A DNA stretch of 41,577 nt from a virus. Taxonomy: Duplodnaviria > Caudoviricetes. The stretch is from positions 1 to 41,577 of IMG/VR virus record IMGVR_UViG_3300024325_000006; one strand, 5' to 3'. How positions within the stretch are numbered: the stretch's first letter is position 1; each line of letters starts with the position of its first letter. Made by a program: the position numbers and the translations under genes. The notes under the pieces were generated by a model. The model saw only the letters and a list, made by a program, of their open reading frames with translations, made no database searches and was not told where the DNA came from. Below, piece by piece: positions 36,362 through 41,577 of the stretch.

Positions 36362-36782
36362 CAGATACTTAACCAAACCAACGCATAAAAATGCCACTAA
36401 CACCGTCAAAGCTAAGTGCGAGAACTGTCTCGTAACTTACTGGGAGACTGCCAGTAGTTACAACCGAAAGAAGCGACACTTTCACAGCGCCGCCTGCTAC
36501 GCCATGTATCGGGAGTTTCACCTTCCACGAGAGGAGCAGAACGCTTACGGTACGGGACACAGTCCGGAGGAACGGGCAAAGCGCCGAAAAGCTCGCTCTA
36601 CCCTCAACCACCACCTACGCGATAAGGGTTTAGAACGTCCGAGCTGCGAAGTCTGTGGCGCAAAGGCCGAAGCTCACCATGATGACTATGACAAGCCGCT
36701 AGATGTTCGATGGCTTTGCTTTAAGCACCACCGCGCACATCATAAAGCAGTCCACGAAAACCCGGAGCTCCTAAATGCCTAA
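36354..36782 (+). CDS. Zinc-binding HNH-like protein
   Basis: CEVCG..AEAHHDDY..PLDVRWLCFKHH; AAGGAG RBS before ATG 36354. Confidence 0.75.
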   Translation: MGDRYLTKPTHKNATNTVKAKCENCLVTYWETASSYNRKKRHFHSAACYAMYREFHLPREEQNAYGTGHSPEERAKRRKARSTLNHHLRDKGLERPSCEVCGAKAEAHHDDYDKPLDVRWLCFKHHRAHHKAVHENPELLNA

Positions 36783-36942
36783 AACCGCTCCCCGCTACAC
36801 CATCCAACGCAGCCTCAAGATGCGCCCAGACACCTACCAGGATCTTCTGAGTGCTGCAGAGGATAGGGGTATGAAATACGGGAGATTGTTGAGGGTTATT
36901 GTGGAGGAGTGGTTGGAGGGGTATATGGGGAGGAAGGGATGA
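36775..36942 (+). CDS. RHH-like DNA-binding protein, 55 aa (not in ORF track)
   Basis: QRSLKMRPDTYQDLLSAAEDRGMKYGRLLRVIVEEWL. Confidence 0.6.
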   Translation: MPKTAPRYTIQRSLKMRPDTYQDLLSAAEDRGMKYGRLLRVIVEEWLEGYMGRKG

Positions 36943-37241
36943 AGGATGTAGACGATAGAGACATCCTAGAACAGGCCAGGCGGACTCTCTTGAATGTTGA
37001 TATGTGTTCTGACCAGAAATCTAGGCTAGAGATATTAATACGTATCTTCACAGCTCACAAAGCCGCTCTCCGCTCCCTAGAAATAACTCGGCTGGAGGCA
37101 CAACGCCAACAGTTAATAGATTTGTTTGGTGAGAACAGACCGAAACCGGGGGATGATTATTACACTATCCCCATTGAATGGTTGAGTAATCGTCTAGTAG
37201 TGCTCCAAGCAGCCCTAGATAAGCTCAAGGATGGTGTATGA
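36939..37241 (+). CDS. Hypothetical protein
   Basis: GGAGG RBS, ATGA coupling. Confidence 0.6.
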   Translation: MKDVDDRDILEQARRTLLNVDMCSDQKSRLEILIRIFTAHKAALRSLEITRLEAQRQQLIDLFGENRPKPGDDYYTIPIEWLSNRLVVLQAALDKLKDGV

Positions 37242-37420
37242 GCAAACGTATAACACTTGAAGACGACGAACTGGAACTAATTATTAACTGGCTTGAATGT
37301 GTTGGAAATCCTGTTAATCTTGAGAGTCATTTCTATACACGCAAGTGGTCGGAACTGGCGACCAAGCGTTTACTTGCTAAGCTTCAGCCAAAACCAAAGG
37401 ATCAGTCCAATGCCAAGTGA
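37238..37420 (+). CDS. Hypothetical protein
   Basis: ATGA coupling. Confidence 0.55.
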   Translation: MSKRITLEDDELELIINWLECVGNPVNLESHFYTRKWSELATKRLLAKLQPKPKDQSNAK

Positions 37421-37880
37421 ACAGACTGACAAACTCATAAATATTAATAATAAAACTAAATCCAAAGACATAAAGAAGATTATAGACCAAGTTATACCCA
37501 GTTGTGGCGAGATAGGCTGTCGTACATGCGAGAAACGACATGTTGAGTTGGCGGAAGCGCTCAAGGATTATTACCACCAACAACTAGAAGCCAAGGTTAT
37601 CGAAACAGCCAAAGCTTACGGCGGCTGCACGAATTGTTACGGCAAGGGGTACGCCACAGTAAACGACCGCTGGCATGGTCACGACACTGATACTGATATA
37701 GGCAGTCCAGGCGGTCACGTGAGTGGTGGCAACCCTAACGCTATGAAGTACTGCAAATGCGATCGTGGCAAGCAGCTCAAAGCCCTCATCGCCAGAGAGC
37801 TGAAGGCGAAGGGGCCGCGCTTTCTATGCGACCATGACGAAAATCTATACCGAGCAACTATTGACGAAGTGCTGGGTTGA
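37410..37880 (+). CDS. Cys-rich hypothetical protein
   Basis: AAGGA RBS; CRTC, CTNCYGKG, CKC. Confidence 0.6.
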   Translation: MPSEQTDKLININNKTKSKDIKKIIDQVIPSCGEIGCRTCEKRHVELAEALKDYYHQQLEAKVIETAKAYGGCTNCYGKGYATVNDRWHGHDTDTDIGSPGGHVSGGNPNAMKYCKCDRGKQLKALIARELKAKGPRFLCDHDENLYRATIDEVLG

Positions 37881-38258
37881 GCAATGAGTAGAATGAAGGT
37901 TAACGAGCTTCATATGGGTCAGCTCACCCAGCCCGATACATTGGAGGGAGGAGATGTGTGATGAACAATAGCGCAATAAATCTCTTGGTCAAAGCAGTAA
38001 GACTCATATCTTACATTACAGCCCTCATAGTGTTTTTGCTCTTCATGCTCTACCCCATTGCTGCGATCACCGGCTGGCAGTATCATCTGGACTTAGGATT
38101 TACGCTCTGGAGGAAGCCATGACCTACAGCACCTGCCCAGAGTGCGGCAATCCTCGGGTGTTTCTGGTATGGGATCAGGACCTGGGCGGAACATGGACTG
38201 GCGGGTGTAGGTATTGTGGGTCTATCTTATTTCTTGATAAAGGTGAGGTTGTATTCAT

Positions 38259-38543
38259 ATGAGCAAGTCGCAACACTACACAACCCTCATTAAAAATTCG
38301 CCCGCTCTGCAGGCCGCAATTGAGGATGCCCAGCTTTCGGTTGACATCTCCATGCAAATTGCCAAGCTTCGCCAGGAGAAGGGATGCAGCCAAAAGGAGC
38401 TGGCCGAGCTTGCCGGCATCCAGCAATCAAATATCTCAAGGCTCGAGAGCCCCGGCTACCAAGGATACACGCTCAAAGTCTTGAGCAAGGTAGTGCGCGC
38501 CCTGGGGGGCAGGCTTAAGGTTGAGATAGAGGACGCATCTTGA
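38259..38543 (+). CDS. XRE-family HTH regulator
   Basis: LRQEKGCSQKELAELAGIQQSNISRLE. Confidence 0.88.
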   Translation: MSKSQHYTTLIKNSPALQAAIEDAQLSVDISMQIAKLRQEKGCSQKELAELAGIQQSNISRLESPGYQGYTLKVLSKVVRALGGRLKVEIEDAS

Positions 38544-38642
38544 CATTGTGCGTGCACTTTGCTACGATGTAAGTAGTTCAAACGAAGGTAAAAGTTATAC
38601 AACGCCTTGACCGCTGAACGAAAGATATAAACTAATCAAAGG

Positions 38643-38743
38643 GTAGAACGTAGTCGTGCTGGCGATAATATGCCGGAATTCTAGATGACATAGGCGATGG
38701 GGAATAGACTCACCATTATTATCGCCTGCACCATACGTTCTAC
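38643..38743. other. 101-bp palindromic insert flanked by AAAGG direct repeats
   Basis: GTAGAACGTA/TACGTTCTAC termini; AAAGG at 38638-38642 and 38744-38748. Confidence 0.55.
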
Positions 38744-38754
38744 AAAGGAGCACT

Positions 38755-38871
38755 ATGCGTACACCAAAAGTAAAACACTTTAAAGACGAATCAAGCCTCA
38801 CGGCATTCGTGGACAAGACAATCGGCAAGAGACGAGCAGTCAGTATTCAAGGTCTGACCGTCTGCTACTAA
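38755..38871 (+). CDS. 38-aa hypothetical protein (not in ORF track)
   Basis: AAAGGAG RBS; TTGACA-17-TACGAT promoter at 38540-38568. Confidence 0.55.
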   Translation: MRTPKVKHFKDESSLTAFVDKTIGKRRAVSIQGLTVCY

Positions 38872-38901
38872 CAAGATTGAGAGCTTGTCAGTTAGGTAGT
38901 A

Positions 38902-39054
38902 ATGGCACATAAGTATACGGTTGTGAACGTGCGCATTGCCGCGAACCTTTTAGATGAGGTTCGCGCTTTGCCTCTCCCTGGATATCTCAAGTCAACCACC
39001 AAGAAAGTGGACTATTTGCTACGCAGAAGTTTGGAGAAAAAGTATGAACGATGA
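38902..39054 (+). CDS. RHH-like protein, 50 aa (not in ORF track)
   Basis: TVVNVRIAANLLDEVR...KKVDYLLRRSLE, similar in pattern to 428-574. Confidence 0.55.
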   Translation: MAHKYTVVNVRIAANLLDEVRALPLPGYLKSTTKKVDYLLRRSLEKKYER

Positions 39055-39316
39055 CCCTTTCGCCGGCATAGACACCCTGAACCTTCCAGAAAGGCCCTCT
39101 AAGGGTTTTATCGACGAAGTTGGTAAGTTAGTCGTTCAAGAGCCTGAAACGGCCAACGAGAGCCTCATACGTGGTGTAAAACGGCAAACAATTGAAACAT
39201 TCGTACAGTACATCAAAGAACAATGTTCTGGAGAGGCCCATGCTGACATGAGTGTATCGTTTAGTATGACGTTTGAAGAATTGGAAAGTATTAAGGGGAG
39301 GTTTTTGGAGAAATGA
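39044..39316 (+). CDS. Hypothetical protein
   Basis: GGAG RBS before ATG 39044. Confidence 0.55.
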   Translation: MNDDPFAGIDTLNLPERPSKGFIDEVGKLVVQEPETANESLIRGVKRQTIETFVQYIKEQCSGEAHADMSVSFSMTFEELESIKGRFLEK

Positions 39317-39325
39317 GGGATTGAT

Positions 39326-39550
39326 ATGACAGGGGCACAAAGAGCTATTAATAAGCATCTGAAAGTGTATGGGCTAAAGATGTCCAAGAAGATTGGTTCT
39401 AGTTTTCTATCTGTTACGTATGACAGGAGGATGGTGTACTCGTTGGAGGATTTATATAAACTCATCGGTGAAGGGTTTAGCATTGATACAAATATTTGTG
39501 CCTTTTTGTTTGATGCGTTTATGTTGGAGGGGAAGAAATCTGAGAGATAG
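39326..39550 (+). CDS. Hypothetical protein
   Basis: GAGG RBS. Confidence 0.55.
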   Translation: MTGAQRAINKHLKVYGLKMSKKIGSSFLSVTYDRRMVYSLEDLYKLIGEGFSIDTNICAFLFDAFMLEGKKSER

Positions 39551-39732
39551 AGTCAAAGAAAGGTTTTTGAAAAGATGAATGAGCAAGAACTACGGGAAAA
39601 GATAGCTAAATATGTGGAGCAAGCCAAAGGATATGGTTATGCTATGACTACCGATGATGCGGTTACCGCCATCTTTGCAGCTTTTGAAAACGCGGGGTAT
39701 AGGGTCATCAGTCAAGAAAGGAAGGACGTATA

Positions 39733-39936
39733 ATGGGCGGCACGGCTAAGGGTGGTAGAAGGTCATATGAGACTATAGTAAAGAAGTACGGTGCCGATCA
39801 TTATAGCCGTATCGGCCGTATGGGAGGGACTGCTAAGACTAAAACTCCTAAGGGGTTCGCTGGCCGGCCAGATCTTGCGAGCATCGCTGGGACTATTGGA
39901 GGAAGGAACTCTCGTAGACGCAAGGTGGTACACTAG
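39733..39936 (+). CDS. KGG-repeat-like small basic protein
   Basis: KGG / IGRMGG / AGTIGG repeats. Confidence 0.65.
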   Translation: MGGTAKGGRRSYETIVKKYGADHYSRIGRMGGTAKTKTPKGFAGRPDLASIAGTIGGRNSRRRKVVH

Positions 39937-39957
39937 AGGTATAAACGGAGGATTGAT

Positions 39958-40134
39958 ATGAGTCTATCTACATTACTTCTAGCGTTATTACTTTTCTTAA
40001 TGGCTGCAGGCTGGTTAGGATGGTTTGCCGTATCAGGTACATTCTTAGGGATTGTGGCATTACTAACGGCTCTCTTCTTGTTGCTTGAGGGTACTACTGT
40101 GGTTAGTTGGAAAGTGCCGGTGCGTAGGGTATAA
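39958..40134 (+). CDS. 58-aa two-TM membrane protein (not in ORF track)
   Basis: TGGTACACT promoter, GGAGG RBS, highly hydrophobic. Confidence 0.65.
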   Translation: MSLSTLLLALLLFLMAAGWLGWFAVSGTFLGIVALLTALFLLLEGTTVVSWKVPVRRV

Positions 40135-40167
40135 TAAGGGAAGTCAATACGACTAACCGCCAGTAAT

Positions 40168-40188
40168 GAGCACCTTCGGGTGCTTTTT
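40168..40188 (+). terminator. Intrinsic terminator
   Basis: GAGCACC-TTCG-GGTGCTT-TTT. Confidence 0.8.
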
Positions 40189-40318
40189 GCTATACTAGGG
40201 GTGCAGCACCCACTTTGAGCAATCTTGGTGGGTTTTTGCTTGTAAGAATTATTACGCTTGTGGTAGTATCTAAGTAAGTTTTGTGGCTAATAATCCTAAC
40301 CACAAAGCCCTTGATAAC

Positions 40319-40361
40319 AAAAAACGCCCGGTTGGGCGAGTTTTGCTGTGGCTAATAATCT
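40319..40361 (-). ncRNA. Candidate ~43-nt antisense RNA
   Basis: Minus-strand TTGACA(40395-40390)-17-TAATCT(40372-40367); CGCCC hairpin + T6. Confidence 0.55.
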
Positions 40362-40678
40362 TTTATAGATTAGCAAGCCAAACACAGGTTGTCAACAGTA
40401 ATAATCGAAAACCAGCAATAAAGTGCTGACAGGAGTGGTCTCTCTGGCTTAAATGGCGAATGAGACCCGACTTACTTAGCACTTTAGGTTACACGCAACG
40501 ACTGATTTGGAGACAGACACCAACTGCCAACGAGCCACTAGGGTTAGCAATGGATCAGGAGTTACTAAAACGATTGTTGTCATAGTGCTATGGAGCCCAA
40601 CACAAGTAGTAGGGAGGGAGGTTTAGTGGTATAAATAGGGTATGGAAAAATCAGGTGAAAATCAGGTGAAGGGGTTAT

Positions 40679-41038
40679 ATGCCATTTCCTAACCCCGATA
40701 CACAATTTAAACCAGGTCAATCTGGTAACCTCAATGGTAAGCCTAAGGGCACGAAACATCTCTCCACTTGGATACAGGAACTCGTAAACGATGAAGAATT
40801 TGTTACTGAGAACGTCAATGGACAGGAGTACAAGGGTGCTCCCATTGGAGCGATAATTAAAGTGGCGATTAAAAAATCGTTGGACGGTGATAGTAAATGG
40901 GCTGAATGGCTTGGTAAGCATGGATACGGCATAAAGACTGAAACCGACATCACAACCAAAGGCGAAGCCCTAAACACCTCCCCCGATCCCGCAACAGCTG
41001 CCGCCTTCGCCGACTATCTCAAAGGTAAGAAGCAATGA
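40679..41038 (+). CDS. terS: Terminase small subunit
   Basis: TQFKPGQSGNLNGKPKG N-terminal motif and DITTKGE end; upstream of terL on the circular map. Confidence 0.75.
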   Translation: MPFPNPDTQFKPGQSGNLNGKPKGTKHLSTWIQELVNDEEFVTENVNGQEYKGAPIGAIIKVAIKKSLDGDSKWAEWLGKHGYGIKTETDITTKGEALNTSPDPATAAAFADYLKGKKQ

Positions 41039-41087
41039 TCTGGTTCATACTCATACTCATTGTGATACTCCTTCTTGTGTTTCATGC

Positions 41088-41147
41088 TTGACCCTGGTGT
41101 TACATTTTGCTACACTATGTATACAAACTAATTAAGGAGCTCACATG
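41088..41147 (+). promoter_or_regulatory. Sigma70 promoter + variant leader AACTAATTAAGGAG
   Basis: TTGACC-17-TACACT with TG extension. Confidence 0.7.
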
Positions 41148-41405
41148 AGTAAAGTCCTAGAAGAAGGCAAAAAGGTATTTATCAGAACCGTAACCTACCA
41201 CATGGTTGGTAAGATCGAAGCTATCAAAGATGGCATGATTGAGCTTTCTGAAGCTTCATGGATCGCAGACAGCGGTCGCTTCTCGAATGCTCTCAAAGAA
41301 GGTACTTTAAGCGAAGTAGAACCCGTTGGTGATGCTTGTGTAAGCCTAGGCGCTCTTGTTGACGCTTTCCCTTGGACGCACGAACTTCCCACTAAGCAGA
41401 AATAG
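41145..41405 (+). CDS. Sm/SH3-like small beta-barrel protein
   Basis: KKVFIRT..YHMVGKIEAIKDGMIELSEA resembles the Sm1 motif. Confidence 0.55.
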   Translation: MSKVLEEGKKVFIRTVTYHMVGKIEAIKDGMIELSEASWIADSGRFSNALKEGTLSEVEPVGDACVSLGALVDAFPWTHELPTKQK

Positions 41406-41413
41406 GTAGCTGT

Positions 41414-41577
41414 ATGACCGCAGCAATCTTAGCTAACCCCAATACGCTTTGGTCATGGTCATGGTCACGGTCAGGGTCAGGGTCAGGGTCAGGGTCAGGG
41501 TCACGGTCAGGGTCACGGTCATGGTCATGGTCAGGGTCACGGTCAGGGTCAGGGTCACGGTCAGGGTCATGGTCAGG
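41414..41577 (+). CDS. 5' part of leader + (Ser-[Gly/Arg/Trp])n peptide, probably continuing at 1-140
   Basis: [12 protein letters not shown] then [10 protein letters not shown]... to the window end (array from 41450). Confidence 0.7.
   Translation, partial: MTAAILANPNTLWSWSWSRSGSGSGSGSGSRSGSRSWSWSGSRSGSGSRSGSWS

Noticed and set aside
1009-41405. Alternative genetic code or prophage integration module
   Set aside because: Long genes are intact under the standard code with all three stops used; no integrase or att-like repeat recognised

Overview
The window looks like an essentially complete ~41.6-kb tailed-phage genome with a podovirus-like layout, broken at both ends inside the same GGTCAN hexamer repeat. 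It encodes TerS (40.7 kb) and a GpA-type TerL, portal, scaffold, major capsid, several fibre/spike proteins, tail adaptor/nozzle and ejection proteins. It also carries a minus-strand GroEL/GroES-like operon, a lysis block (M23 peptidase, degenerate CHAP, holins) and an early region (Sak4-like ATPase, YopX, HNH, HTH/RHH regulators). I recognise no integrase, DNA polymerase, reverse transcriptase or CRISPR array. The host cannot be determined; a CPR/Saccharibacteria-like host is only a guess. The most striking content is a non-coding RNA layer. (1) A candidate ~80-nt sRNA exposes a seed complementary to a leader motif over the RBS of about six genes. (2) Five late promoters are each followed immediately by the same terminator hairpin. 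(3) A circularly permuted tRNA-like (Y-RNA-like) RNA lies just upstream of terL. (4) Several kissing-loop, pseudoknot and attenuator-like RNAs occur elsewhere. Between terS and terL sits an operon of an Sm-like protein plus two paralogous leader-(Ser-[Gly/Arg/Trp])n peptides. All product calls come from motif recognition and synteny, and all RNA structures from pairing by eye; no searches or folding were run.
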